Shown piece by piece: positions 9,772-19,953 of a DNA stretch of 58,630 bases. The translations under genes and the position numbers were made by a program. Each line of letters begins with the position of its first letter. Position 1 is the first letter of the stretch. This DNA is from an uncultured Bacilli bacterium (GTDB taxonomy: Bacteria > Bacillota_I > Bacilli_A > RF39 > UBA660), in contig CAKOOU010000001.1 in assembly GCA_934098455.1 (NCBI GenBank), forward strand, positions 1 through 58,630, read 5' to 3'. Under the pieces are notes generated by a model. The model made no database searches. It saw nothing but the letters and a program-made list of their open reading frames with translations, and was not told the DNA's origin.

Positions 9772-10425
9772 CTAATTTTTTTCAACTATATATAGATATT
9801 TATCTTTTTTAACTAATATAATCTCAGCACTTTTATCATATTCTAAATCTTTAACATATTCTATGTCAAGATTTATCTTATAACCATCAAATTCTTCTTC
9901 ACCAATTTTATATTTAGTTTCATCTTCATTTTTAATACTAACACTTTTTACCATAGGCAAATCTTGTTCTCTTTTACCATCACTATTATCTTTCATATAT
10001 TTATATAATGTATTAGACACATTCAACTTATAATTATCTCTAATATCAGGATAAACAAATTGTACTCCGCCTACATCATACATATTTTTTTTAGCTTCTA
10101 AACTATATAAATCCATAACAAACATTTTGCTAATACTTTCAGCATATTCAGTATAATTTATATTGCTACTCTCTAAATTTTTCTTCAATTTTTTAAATTC
10201 AGCTTTATAAATATCTATATCATCTTCATATAATATATAATCAAAACCCTTAATAGATATTCCTTTATCTACATTCTTATTATTTTTTACACTACTATTT
10301 CTTCTATCTAAATTTACATATACTATTCCACCTATAAAATATAAAAGTGCTATAGAACATATAATCAGCCAAAATTTTTTATTTTTAAATAAATTCTTAT
10401 TTTTTTTCTTATTCTTATTTTTCAT
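9772..10425 (-). CDS. Membrane-anchored hypothetical protein
   Basis: 217 aa with a Lys-rich N-terminus and one TM helix. Overlaps the upstream LtaS-like gene by 11 nt, suggesting co-translation. Confidence 0.5.
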   Translation of the reverse strand: MKNKNKKKNKNLFKNKKFWLIICSIALLYFIGGIVYVNLDRRNSSVKNNKNVDKGISIKGFDYILYEDDIDIYKAEFKKLKKNLESSNINYTEYAESISKMFVMDLYSLEAKKNMYDVGGVQFVYPDIRDNYKLNVSNTLYKYMKDNSDGKREQDLPMVKSVSIKNEDETKYKIGEEEFDGYKINLDIEYVKDLEYDKSAEIILVKKDKYLYIVEKN

Positions 10426-12448
10426 AATTATTTATTCTATCCTTTTCATTCTTTATTAAATCATATACTATTATATCATTAGATAATTCAATTATATTTT
10501 CAGTATAATCTTTACATTCTTTTATATAATTTTCATCTATAGGTTCATTAGTTAAAGGCATATATTCTTCTTTACTAGCATTATAATATACTTTTTTTGT
10601 TAAGTAATTTCCATTAGGAAATGGTACTATATTATCATTCTTAGTTTCAAATATGTCATGTCCTAATGCAAATACATTTTTAATACCTAACATATTAGAA
10701 ATTGTTGGAAGAACATCTATCATTCCCATTGGATATTTAACTTCAGTTCTTAATTTTTTATTTTTACTCCATATTATTAATGGTGTTTTTCTATTTAATT
10801 CATTTTGATAATAATCATAATTTATATAAGTAGGATCATCACTAGATTTTATCTCACCAGTTTCAAAGTTATAATTATAATATCTATCAAATTCACTCCT
10901 ATTTAATTTAGCATCATGATCTCCATACATAACGAATACTGTATTTTTCATTGCATCGCTATTATTTATACTATCAAAGAACTCACCTAAAGCCATATCT
11001 GCATAATGGGCACTTTTAATGTAATTACCTAGTTTAGTTCCTTCTAAATAATCATATACAACTTCCTCTTCCACACCAGTTTCTTCATTTAATTTAGTTG
11101 TTTTATAAGTCAAATCTAATTCTGGATAATGTTCTAAATCATTAAATGGCGTATGATTAGATAATGTTATAATTGTTCCCATATAATTAGTATTTTTATT
11201 TTCTATATCAGTAAGTATAGGCATAATTTGATTATAGAATGAATGATCACTTAATCCAAGTCCAACTACTTCATCAATATTATATTTATCTTCGAAATAC
11301 ATATCTTTGTAACCTAAACTAGGATGCATTTTATTTCTATTCCACATACTAGCTTTATTGCCATGCATACTAAATGTATAATAACCTTTATCACTTAATA
11401 GTTTTTCTAAACTAACATATTCTCTATTGTAATAACTAACAAAAACTGTTCCACTAGATACTGGAAGCAAACTTGTATTAACAGTAAACTCAGTATCACT
11501 ACTAGTACCAACACTTATTTCAGGATAGAAACTACTAAAATATAATCCCTCTTTAGTTAATTTATTTAAATTAGGTGTAATTTCAACTCCATTTATTTTT
11601 AAATCTACAAAGAAAGTCATCATACTTTCCATATGCATCATGATAACATTTTTCCCTTCAAACATTCCAGTATATTTATTATCACTTTCTTCTACTTCTC
11701 TATTATTATAGTAATCTACAAATTTTCTAGCCGCTTCATCATAACCAAATAAACTATTCATTTTACTATAACTAGTTTGAAATAAATCATTACCTTGATA
11801 TATTACAATACCAAAACTCTTAACAATACTTTCTCTATTCCATTGTTTTTGTAAACTACTATAACTTCCTTTGCTAACCATAGCCATATTAAGTCCTAGT
11901 ATTATTGTAGAAATAACTAATGTAGAAACAAACATTGTTTTTCCTTTTTCTATCTTCCTCATATATGAAAAATAATCTTTTTTATTTAATCTACTATTTA
12001 TATATATAAATAATCCAAATGGTATTAAATATATAAAATATATAATCTTTAATTTAGCTAATACTGCATCTCCAACTTCACCAACTTGTCCTAAAGCAGA
12101 TAATAAACTAAATGATGCAAATGAAGAATACCAAGAATAATAAATAGCATTTACAGTACTCACAAAAGTATTTAAAAACATTAATATTGCTAAATAATAA
12201 TATTGCCTATTAACTTTAAATAAATATACAAAACTACCCAATATTGCGTTAACAGATAAATCTATAAATAAAGTTTTATAATTATACCAATTACCAACTG
12301 TTAAATATCTTACTAAAAAACAATTTATAAAACTTAATAATAAGTAAGATAAGAATAATCTATTGTGTTTAAAATATCTAACTATGTTTCTTTTAGAAAT
12401 ATTAAATATATCTTTTATATTTTTGTTATTTACTTTTCTTTTTTTCAT
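10415..12448 (-). CDS. LtaS-family lipoteichoic acid synthase / phosphoglycerol transferase (sulfatase domain)
   Basis: Five N-terminal TM helices followed by an extracellular sulfatase-like domain (MHMESM...TSSDTEF...MHGN...SNHTPF...YGDHD). Start moved to ATG 12448, which follows GAGGGA. Confidence 0.8.
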   Translation of the reverse strand: MKKRKVNNKNIKDIFNISKRNIVRYFKHNRLFLSYLLLSFINCFLVRYLTVGNWYNYKTLFIDLSVNAILGSFVYLFKVNRQYYYLAILMFLNTFVSTVNAIYYSWYSSFASFSLLSALGQVGEVGDAVLAKLKIIYFIYLIPFGLFIYINSRLNKKDYFSYMRKIEKGKTMFVSTLVISTIILGLNMAMVSKGSYSSLQKQWNRESIVKSFGIVIYQGNDLFQTSYSKMNSLFGYDEAARKFVDYYNNREVEESDNKYTGMFEGKNVIMMHMESMMTFFVDLKINGVEITPNLNKLTKEGLYFSSFYPEISVGTSSDTEFTVNTSLLPVSSGTVFVSYYNREYVSLEKLLSDKGYYTFSMHGNKASMWNRNKMHPSLGYKDMYFEDKYNIDEVVGLGLSDHSFYNQIMPILTDIENKNTNYMGTIITLSNHTPFNDLEHYPELDLTYKTTKLNEETGVEEEVVYDYLEGTKLGNYIKSAHYADMALGEFFDSINNSDAMKNTVFVMYGDHDAKLNRSEFDRYYNYNFETGEIKSSDDPTYINYDYYQNELNRKTPLIIWSKNKKLRTEVKYPMGMIDVLPTISNMLGIKNVFALGHDIFETKNDNIVPFPNGNYLTKKVYYNASKEEYMPLTNEPIDENYIKECKDYTENIIELSNDIIVYDLIKNEKDRINNYEK

Positions 12449-12540
12449 AACGTATCCCTCGTACACAGAATTATATCACACTATAAAAAATAAAAAAAGT
12501 TTAGCACTTTACTTCTTACTAAACTTTACTATATTTTACA

Positions 12541-12966
12541 TTATTTTTTAATATATTTTTTAACATTCTTATTAAGTAATTCTCTTATTTCATTTTCATC
12601 TATATTACTATTTTCTGGATATATTAATGTATTAGCATATAAGTTAAAATGAATATAAGATTGCAAATACTTCCACATCATATCTAAAATAATTTCTTTT
12701 TCTTCAGAAATCAATTTATTATTTACAACACTTTTATCAATTATAATAACAAATTTATCATTTTCTTTTAAATATAACATCTTATCTATATCATACTTTT
12801 CTTTTATGTCTAAGTAAATTACTTCACCTTTTAAAAACTGTACAACTTCTTTTATAGAATTTATATCATCATTTTTATATTCTTTACCACTCAATGACTC
12901 ATAATTTTTAATTAATCTTTTTGATACTTTTTCAATAAAATTTGCATCTCTATATGATAAATTCAT
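12541..12966 (-). CDS. Hypothetical protein
   Basis: 141 aa ORF with codon usage like its neighbours. No motif recognised. Confidence 0.4.
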   Translation of the reverse strand: MNLSYRDANFIEKVSKRLIKNYESLSGKEYKNDDINSIKEVVQFLKGEVIYLDIKEKYDIDKMLYLKENDKFVIIIDKSVVNNKLISEEKEIILDMMWKYLQSYIHFNLYANTLIYPENSNIDENEIRELLNKNVKKYIKK

Positions 12967-12980
12967 TCCAAAACCTCCAA

Positions 12981-13169
12981 TTAACTAATTTTAACATATA
13001 AAATAATCAAAGCAATTGCTATACTAAACACAAAATATAATATTTTATATGTACTTATTAAAATTTTACTTAATTTCTTATTATTTATTTTATTTATAAG
13101 TTTTTCAACAGGAACATATAAACTATATCCTAAACCTTCATAAAATATTTGATCCATATACTCTTTCAT
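12981..13169 (-). CDS. Small single-pass membrane protein, possibly an accessory subunit of the upstream GT2 synthase
   Basis: 62 aa with a C-terminal TM helix. Its start overlaps the stop of the GT2 gene by 1 nt. Confidence 0.4.
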   Translation of the reverse strand: MKEYMDQIFYEGLGYSLYVPVEKLINKINNKKLSKILISTYKILYFVFSIAIALIILYVKIS

Positions 13170-14656
13170 TACTTCACCCCATCTGAAGTATCTACTTCAT
13201 CAATTGTTACTTTACTTACATGAGGTATAGGTTTCCAAGTAACTTTAACAAACAATGCTAAATAAATTGTATATCTTCCTATAATATCAAACGTAGGCCA
13301 AGTAAAAGTATATAAAACTTTTTTCAAAAATGGAATTTTCTTAATTCTTTTTCTTTCTGTAATAAATACATAAATTGCATTCCACATATTTACAAAGTAA
13401 ACACCCATTCTGTATAGTAATCTTAACCATATAGCAATTAACATTGAAACAAAAAATGCTTTTATACCAGGCTCAATATTTATATAAGGCTTATTAAATA
13501 TAAATGATAAGAATTTAGCAACTATAGTACTACCACCAAATACATATAAATTTTTTATACCATTTGTATAACTATAACATCCATATATTATTACACTTAC
13601 TATTAGCCATCTTACTAAGTTAATTACAACAATAGGTGTTAATTGCATTAATGTATCATATGATGCAAATCTATGTCTAATGGATTCAACAATTTTACCA
13701 AATATATTACGTTCTTTTTCTTCTTTACCCCAATTATCTTTTATAAATAATTTTCCAAAGAATATATTTACAAACAATTGTGGACCAGATTCAACGAAAG
13801 CCATTAAGTGACCTTTACTCCAACGAAGTCTTTGTCTTAAAGCAACTTTTAAACTAATAGGTTGTTCATCAAAAAATTCTGCTTCATCTTGATATGTAAT
13901 TTCATAACCACGACTTACAGCATCAGCAGTTAATGCTCTGTCTTCTGTAAGTCCAGTATATTTCCATCCATTTCTAACTATTTCATTAGCAAATAAAAAT
14001 CCTGTTCCTTGTATATTAGTTGCTAAATGTAAAATACTACGTGCCCTATGATTACTTCTTATACTTCTTAACCAATGTATAGCATATGTACTTGCTATCC
14101 AATTTTCATCAAAGTTTTTTGTATTTCTATACGATGTAATTATTTTTTCTCCACTATCAAACGCATTATTCATTTTACTAATATAATTTCTATTTAATAA
14201 ATTATCCGCATCAAATATAAAATATCCTTCATAGTTTTCTATTCCATAATCATTTTTTATATTTTCAAAAAGAAATTGTAATGCAAAACCTTTTGTTTTA
14301 TGCTCATTATCAAATCTTTCATATACTTTAGCACCATGTTTTCTAGCAATGTCTGCTGTCTTATCAGTACAATTATCAGCGACAACAAATATATCAATTA
14401 ATTCTTTAGGATAATCTTGTTTTTTTATACTATCGAGTAAATTACCTATAACAGTCTCTTCATTCCTAGCAGCAACTAAAACACCATATTTGTGATTTTT
14501 TTTAGCAGGTTTAAATTTTCTTGTAAATAAAAAACCTATTGCATAATAAACTGCCTTATATGCTAACATTATACCTAGTACACTACCTATAATGTTGTAT
14601 ATATGTCTACTTTCTACATAACTTTGTCCTATAAAACTTATAATACTTCCTAACAT
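13169..14656 (-). CDS. Membrane-embedded processive family-2 glycosyltransferase (IcaA/cellulose-synthase-like)
   Basis: VLVAARNEE, FDADN and QRLRWSKG (QxxRW) motifs, flanked by TM helices. Confidence 0.8.
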   Translation of the reverse strand: MLGSIISFIGQSYVESRHIYNIIGSVLGIMLAYKAVYYAIGFLFTRKFKPAKKNHKYGVLVAARNEETVIGNLLDSIKKQDYPKELIDIFVVADNCTDKTADIARKHGAKVYERFDNEHKTKGFALQFLFENIKNDYGIENYEGYFIFDADNLLNRNYISKMNNAFDSGEKIITSYRNTKNFDENWIASTYAIHWLRSIRSNHRARSILHLATNIQGTGFLFANEIVRNGWKYTGLTEDRALTADAVSRGYEITYQDEAEFFDEQPISLKVALRQRLRWSKGHLMAFVESGPQLFVNIFFGKLFIKDNWGKEEKERNIFGKIVESIRHRFASYDTLMQLTPIVVINLVRWLIVSVIIYGCYSYTNGIKNLYVFGGSTIVAKFLSFIFNKPYINIEPGIKAFFVSMLIAIWLRLLYRMGVYFVNMWNAIYVFITERKRIKKIPFLKKVLYTFTWPTFDIIGRYTIYLALFVKVTWKPIPHVSKVTIDEVDTSDGVK

Positions 14657-14750
14657 CTCGTCAACTCCATACTAAAATTATATTATTTTAATAAAAACAA
14701 GTCAATAAGACTTGCAATTATCTCTCAATTTTGATATATTATTAACGAAC

Positions 14751-14825
14751 GCAGGTGTAGTACAGCGGTTAGTATGCGGCCTTGCCAAGGCTGAGACGGC
14801 GGTTCGATTCCGCTCACTTGCTCCA
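14751..14825 (+). tRNA. tRNA-Gly (anticodon GCC) with encoded CCA
   Basis: Hand-folded cloverleaf: acceptor GCAGGTG/CACTTGC, D arm GTAC/GTAT, anticodon stem CGGCC/GGCTG with loop TTGCCAA, T arm GGCGG-TTCGATT-CCGCT, then discriminator and CCA. Confidence 0.9.
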
Positions 14826-14841
14826 TTAATTTGTACGAAAT

Positions 14842-14863
14842 CCCTTAAAATAAGGGTTTTTTT
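14842..14863 (+). terminator. Intrinsic terminator after tRNA-Gly
   Basis: ccctta-aaa-taaggg hairpin followed by a T7 run. Confidence 0.7.
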
Positions 14864-14867
14864 ATTT

Positions 14868-14905
14868 ATATTTTTACTCTAATTTTATATTTTTACTCTA
14901 ATTTT
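14868..14905. repeat. Perfect tandem duplication of a 19 bp unit (atatttttactctaatttt x2), followed by ggagtaattt x2
   Basis: 14868..14886 equals 14887..14905. The short repeats ggagtaattt lie at 14915..14924 and 14926..14935. Confidence 0.8.
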
Positions 14906-14922
14906 ATATACTTCGGAGTAAT

Positions 14923-15426
14923 TTGGGAGTAATTTTTGCTAACATTTTTATGAATAATAAATGTATAAATTTAAAACAAAAATTTGATAAGAGTTTGTAT
15001 TGTAAAATTAACAAATGTACTATCACATTTAAAGATTGTAGCAATTGTAAATATAAAGAATATAAAGACAATAAAAAGTCCACTTTAATCAAAAAAAGTC
15101 CAATTAAAGGTAAAAAGCATAAAATAACTAAAGAGACAGAAATAAGTAAAAATGTGAAAATGACTGTATGGAAAAGAGATAACCATAGATGTATTTTTTG
15201 CCAAAAAGAAGTGTCTTGGGAATACGCTAATTCACATTATATAAAAAGAAGTCAATTAGGTATGGGAATACCAGAAAACTTAATGACCAATTGTGAAAGA
15301 TGTCATAACCTATTTGAAGAATCTATTTATCGTGAAAAAATGAAAGAATTTGCTAAAAATTATCTTATGAGTAAATATGATTATTGGAACGAAGAGATGT
15401 TAGTATATAAAAAATACACCCGTTGA
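14923..15426 (+). CDS. HNH endonuclease-domain protein with N-terminal Cys-rich region
   Basis: CIFCQ...NSHYIKRSQLG...NLMTNCERCHNLFE matches an HNH/zinc-finger pattern. The start is uncertain: TTG at 14923 or ATG at 14950. Confidence 0.6.
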   Translation: MGVIFANIFMNNKCINLKQKFDKSLYCKINKCTITFKDCSNCKYKEYKDNKKSTLIKKSPIKGKKHKITKETEISKNVKMTVWKRDNHRCIFCQKEVSWEYANSHYIKRSQLGMGIPENLMTNCERCHNLFEESIYREKMKEFAKNYLMSKYDYWNEEMLVYKKYTR

Positions 15427-15438
15427 TAAGGTGTATTT

Positions 15439-15972
15439 TTATTTAAATATTTCTGATAAACAATACCTAGCATTCTTATGTTCTTCATAATTTTCTTTAG
15501 GTTTAGCAACTCTTTCTCCGCGTTCTTTATTAGGTGCTGGTAAAACCATATGGTATACATCAACAAATAAAACTTCATAATTTCCTTGCAAATCATCTAA
15601 AAAGAAAAATTGAACGCCATTATTTTGTATTGATTTTAATCTAAAAATTAAAGAAGTAGGTATACTATTCATATTAAGTGTTTCTAACAATATTTTATCA
15701 ATCTTCTTTTGTTCTTTTTTGTGTTTAATATTTTTAATTTCATAGCAATTATCAATATCAATTTTTTTTGATTCAAACCCATATTTTTGAGATTTCAAAA
15801 ATTTAACCATTGGAGATTTTTTACCATCTATAAAGTTAGTAAAATAAAATTCTGGAAGATTAACAGATTTAATATTTGAATTAAAAAATACATTCGGTTC
15901 TTTCTCTCCGAATATATTTTTGCTTTTAAGAACACCATCTTTATTAATTACATTTTCTTGTAGTATACTCAT
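15439..15972 (-). CDS. Unknown 177 aa protein, candidate toxin partner of the upstream Panacea-domain antitoxin
   Basis: ATG 15972 follows AGAGGA and overlaps the 3' end of the DUF4065 gene by 29 nt. No recognisable motif. Confidence 0.45.
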   Translation of the reverse strand: MSILQENVINKDGVLKSKNIFGEKEPNVFFNSNIKSVNLPEFYFTNFIDGKKSPMVKFLKSQKYGFESKKIDIDNCYEIKNIKHKKEQKKIDKILLETLNMNSIPTSLIFRLKSIQNNGVQFFFLDDLQGNYEVLFVDVYHMVLPAPNKERGERVAKPKENYEEHKNARYCLSEIFK

Positions 15973-16480
15973 TAATTATTTCCTCTTTTGGAATTTCTTC
16001 ATTGTGTTTGTTTTTTTCTTCGTGAAAATGGTTTTGCCAAGATTTATCCATGTGAGAAATATTAACAAGTTTAAAATCACTAACCTCAAAAACATCATTT
16101 AAAATTGCGTCTAAAGTTTCAGCTAAAAATTGATTACCATTTAATATTACTTCTACTCTTTTTATAGCTTCTTGCTCTTGAGATTTTTTTCGGAATAATA
16201 AACTTTCTCTTTCATTAAAATATACATTTGGTACTACCGGTCCATACGACCAAGCTTCTATTCTGTCATCAAATAATCTATCCTTCTGATCTTGAAACAA
16301 CTCTGAATCTATTTTGCCTTTATTTACAAAGCCACTCCAAAAAGCAAAACAAAAATATAATGCTTTTTGCATTTTTATTGGTGTGATTGACTTAAGACCA
16401 TTAGTATATTCATAATATTTCTCCTTTATATAACAAGCTAGGTCTTTTGCTTCAAATATTCCTCTTTCTTCTTTCTTCAT
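15944..16480 (-). CDS. DUF4065 (Panacea / SocA-like) antitoxin-domain protein
   Basis: ITPIKMQKALYFCFAFWSGF and WSYGPVVPNVY match the DUF4065 core. Start moved to ATG 16480 (MKKEERG), about 10 nt after AAGAGG. Confidence 0.6.
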   Translation of the reverse strand: MKKEERGIFEAKDLACYIKEKYYEYTNGLKSITPIKMQKALYFCFAFWSGFVNKGKIDSELFQDQKDRLFDDRIEAWSYGPVVPNVYFNERESLLFRKKSQEQEAIKRVEVILNGNQFLAETLDAILNDVFEVSDFKLVNISHMDKSWQNHFHEEKNKHNEEIPKEEIINEYTTRKCN

Positions 16481-16680
16481 TCTATTCATACCTCTTACTA
16501 TATTTAAACTATAACACAACTTTTTTTGTGTTGCAATTACATATTTTATCACTTTACTAATAAAAGTCAATTTTTTTCACTCCTTTCTAGTTAAAATATC
16601 ATATAAGCTATAAATAATTTGTCGAACTTTATAATATATTTTATTTAAAGCCATAAAAAAAGAGACTAGAATTAACTAAT

Positions 16681-17457
16681 CTACTTCACTTGAATACCAC
16701 CAATAGAATTATTGATATTACCAGCATACCCATTAGTACCATTCACCCACGGTAACCAATAACCTTTTTTATTATCATAAGCTCTATAGGTTCTATTTTT
16801 TATTTGAACTGCATCAATATCATTGGGTAAATTACCAGCATATCCGTTATATCCATCAACCCATGCTAGCCAATAACCTTTCTTTTTATCATGAACTCTA
16901 TAAGTAGCATTCTCTAATTTAAAGCCACTCACACCATTACCTAAATTACCAGCATATGCATTCGTACCTACTTGTACCTCTGGTAACCATTTATTTTTAA
17001 CATTATCATAAGCACAATATTTTGATTTATTTCCAGAATATATTGCCTTCTCTAAATATGGTTCAGGATTAATTCTAGTACTAGAACTATATGATTTTGA
17101 TACCTCAAAATGTAAATGTCTTGCAGTAACATTACCACTTTCACCAATAAGTCCTACACAAGTATTTTCATCAACTTCTTGATCAACACTAACATAAACT
17201 TCTCTTAAATGTGCATATCTACTAAACATTCCATTAGGATGCTTAATTAATACATAATTACCCCAAGATTTAGTTCCAGTTGAACCCCTTAAAGTAGGTA
17301 TTCCAGTTTGTATTTCATAAACTACACCCTTACAATTTGAATATACTCTATTTTGATTTTCATCACTTCTCCAACCTAAATCTACACCTCTATGTCCTTT
17401 ATTATCGTAATGTTGAGTTATTCTATTAACACTATCATTTATTACTCTCATAATCAA
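16681..17457 (-). CDS. M23 (LytM-type) peptidase fused to three approx. 38 aa aromatic repeats (putative wall-binding module)
   Basis: HRGVDL...YAHL...ARHLHFEV matches the M23 zinc-site pattern. The C-terminus carries three repeats of Y.AYDNKKGYWLPWV.G.NGYAGN. Confidence 0.7.
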   Translation of the reverse strand: MIMRVINDSVNRITQHYDNKGHRGVDLGWRSDENQNRVYSNCKGVVYEIQTGIPTLRGSTGTKSWGNYVLIKHPNGMFSRYAHLREVYVSVDQEVDENTCVGLIGESGNVTARHLHFEVSKSYSSSTRINPEPYLEKAIYSGNKSKYCAYDNVKNKWLPEVQVGTNAYAGNLGNGVSGFKLENATYRVHDKKKGYWLAWVDGYNGYAGNLPNDIDAVQIKNRTYRAYDNKKGYWLPWVNGTNGYAGNINNSIGGIQVK

Positions 17458-17658
17458 ACCCCTTTCAATTTATTATACGTTTAATTTACTTTTTAGTATA
17501 TTGAATATTTACCAATCAAAAAAGCATAATTGCAAAACATTAAAACAAGCGAAAAAAATTTAAAAACACTTGATTATAAAATATTATAAATAAAAAAGAC
17601 CCATTACTGAATCTTAAAATTTATAATATAAAAAGTAATATAAAACACTTTTCAACAA

Positions 17659-18189
17659 TCACTCTTCTAACATCTTATATCCACTACTAATTGCACATAA
17701 TATAGAATCAGTAAATTCACGAGTTCTCGTATAACATCCATTAGTAAGTATTCCATTAGTACCAAACATACTTACTTCTTTATCAGTACTACCATAATAT
17801 TTAGCAACTACATCTGATAATCTTTTATCTTTATCAACATCTTCTATTATTTCATCAGGAACTTTAACTTTAGCACTACAACCATAATAATATTTATCTA
17901 AATCTTTATCATATATAACAGTCCATCCACATAAAAAAGTTCCATAACTACTTTCTGTTAAAATTCCTTCCATAGCAACATATAAATTGCCACTATCATC
18001 CTGATTTAATGCAGAATTAATTCTATTTTTTGAACCTTTAATCCCTTCTTCATCACCAATCGGAGTTTCAGAAACACCACTTTCTGTTTCTAAAGAAACA
18101 ATAGAAAAATCTAAAAAGAAATCTTTAATAACATTATTAACTGCATCATTTTTTGCTTTATTCTTAGAACATACAATTACTTTTTTCAT
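17659..18189 (-). CDS. Inosine/xanthosine triphosphatase (YjjX/DUF84 family)
   Basis: N-terminus VIVCSKNKAKNDAVNNV, with size and layout typical of the DUF84 NTPase family. Confidence 0.55.
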   Translation of the reverse strand: MKKVIVCSKNKAKNDAVNNVIKDFFLDFSIVSLETESGVSETPIGDEEGIKGSKNRINSALNQDDSGNLYVAMEGILTESSYGTFLCGWTVIYDKDLDKYYYGCSAKVKVPDEIIEDVDKDKRLSDVVAKYYGSTDKEVSMFGTNGILTNGCYTRTREFTDSILCAISSGYKMLEE

Positions 18190-18243
18190 AATCCACCTCT
18201 AAAAAAATTATACCATAAAGAAAAAAAACTCACAAAGAGTATT

Positions 18244-18468
18244 TCATTCAATCTCAAATAACATACCAGGATTAATATCTAATACTAAAGAAATATCATA
18301 TAAAGTTTGAACAGAAAAAGTTTTAGCAACTTTATCCGATTCGATTTGTCTAATATAATCATGACTAACTCTACATCTTTCAGCAAGTTCAGCTTGTGTT
18401 ATATTCTTTTCCTTCCTATATTTCTTAATATTGTGCCTAATTACATCATAAATATTTATACTGCTCAT
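18244..18468 (-). CDS. XRE-family helix-turn-helix regulator
   Basis: IKKYRKEKNITQAELAERCRVSHDYIRQIE is a classic HTH_3 pattern. Confidence 0.8.
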   Translation of the reverse strand: MSSINIYDVIRHNIKKYRKEKNITQAELAERCRVSHDYIRQIESDKVAKTFSVQTLYDISLVLDINPGMLFEIE

Positions 18469-18568
18469 ATTATAGTAATCACCATGTATATTATCTCATT
18501 ATATTTTTTTAAAATATGTGAACAATTAACTCACATATTATGATATAATAATGTTAGGAGGGTTAACG

Positions 18569-19099
18569 ATGGAAAAAGAACCTATAAACGAAACATCAAT
18601 AAAAATATTAAATTACATATTAAAAAGATTTAACACAGACTTCTACTTTATAAACAAATTTAAAAAATACATAATAGATATAATGATTAAAAATAAAAGA
18701 TTTATAAAATTAATTAATAACAAAGTTGATACAATAGACAACAATTATATGGACTACTATAATAAAAAATATAAAGAATTAATAATTTCAAATTTTATAC
18801 ATAATTTAAATTATTTATCAACCAAATCATATATTATAAATAATTTCATAAGTTCTAATAATTTAACTTTAAATAATTATGAAAACACATATCATATGTT
18901 AAAAACAATATCATTGTCAAATGTTAACTCATTTAATATAATACTACTATTTCAAACTATAGAAAATTACGAAAATCAATATTTCAATGAAAGCACTAAT
19001 ATTAAACATCAAACTATTCAACATTTTGTAGATGAATACGAAACAATGATACAAGAATACTATAATAAAAAAGAAGCTATTAGTGTACTTAATTTATAA
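18569..19099 (+). CDS. Hypothetical Asn-rich protein, divergent from the XRE gene
   Basis: ATG 18569 follows AGGAGGG. No motif recognised. Confidence 0.4.
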   Translation: MEKEPINETSIKILNYILKRFNTDFYFINKFKKYIIDIMIKNKRFIKLINNKVDTIDNNYMDYYNKKYKELIISNFIHNLNYLSTKSYIINNFISSNNLTLNNYENTYHMLKTISLSNVNSFNIILLFQTIENYENQYFNESTNIKHQTIQHFVDEYETMIQEYYNKKEAISVLNL

Positions 19100-19218
19100 T
19101 TATTTCTTAACCAAAACACATATGTTTATATCTTTATTAAAAAATATTTTATTATTAGAATTAAGTGTATTATAATCATAAAAATATTCATTATCTATTT
19201 GATACTTACCAATATTTT

Positions 19219-19953
19219 CTACCTATTCTTATCACAAAAATCAGCTATATCTTCTTCTTTATAATATGATTTCATTTCTTCACCACTACCACCAGCTAAA
19301 ACTTTATTTTTACCACTATCATCATATCCATTAGGATAATCAAATAAAATAATACTACCTTGAGAAACTATATTGCTAATACTTTCCAACATATTAAAAA
19401 ATACATTCTTATCTAAGTAATAGCTAACACCTAAAATACTAAACATAGATTTTTTAGTACAATCAAAATTATTAGAAATTAAACTATTTATCCAATCTTT
19501 ATTAAAATCACAACTAATATATTTAACATTACTATTATCTATATTAGTTTTTTTTATTCTAATAATCTTATCTTCAATAACTTCACTTCTATCAAGTTCA
19601 AAAACTTTAACTCTATCATTTACTAAATAACCACTAGTATCATACCCATTCCCAAGAATAACATATTGTTTTAAACCTAACTTAATTTCATTAAGTAAAT
19701 ACTTATAATTAACAGCACTTCTACCTAAAACAGTTTGTCCTATAAAATTGTTTACAATATATTCAACAGGATTATCTCCAACATAATTAGGATTAAAAAA
19801 ATTTATTCCTTTCTCCATATTCTTATAAATTTCATCATATTCATCTTTAGATAAAATCAAACTTGCATACTTGTCATTATAAATTTTAATATTACTATTT
19901 ACCATATGATAGTATCTAACAAATGCACTAACTTTCGCAGTCATATTTTCCAT
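19219..19953 (-). CDS. Class I SAM-dependent methyltransferase (Leu carboxyl/O-methyltransferase-like family)
   Basis: TAKVSAFVRYYH at the N-terminus and VILGNGYDT (motif I-like) resemble the LCM/TIGR00027 family. Confidence 0.55.
   Translation of the reverse strand: MENMTAKVSAFVRYYHMVNSNIKIYNDKYASLILSKDEYDEIYKNMEKGINFFNPNYVGDNPVEYIVNNFIGQTVLGRSAVNYKYLLNEIKLGLKQYVILGNGYDTSGYLVNDRVKVFELDRSEVIEDKIIRIKKTNIDNSNVKYISCDFNKDWINSLISNNFDCTKKSMFSILGVSYYLDKNVFFNMLESISNIVSQGSIILFDYPNGYDDSGKNKVLAGGSGEEMKSYYKEEDIADFCDKNR

Noticed and set aside
14868-14935. Possible CRISPR array (short direct repeats); likewise the AC repeat at 57091-57110
   Set aside because: There are only two adjacent copies with no spacers, and a dinucleotide microsatellite respectively. 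No repeat-spacer periodicity and no cas genes occur anywhere in the window.
14904-15596. Minus-strand ORFs 14904-15092 and 15381-15596
   Set aside because: The first is antisense to the HNH gene. The second is an alternative frame overlapping the 177 aa candidate toxin gene. Neither has a ribosome-binding site or a motif.
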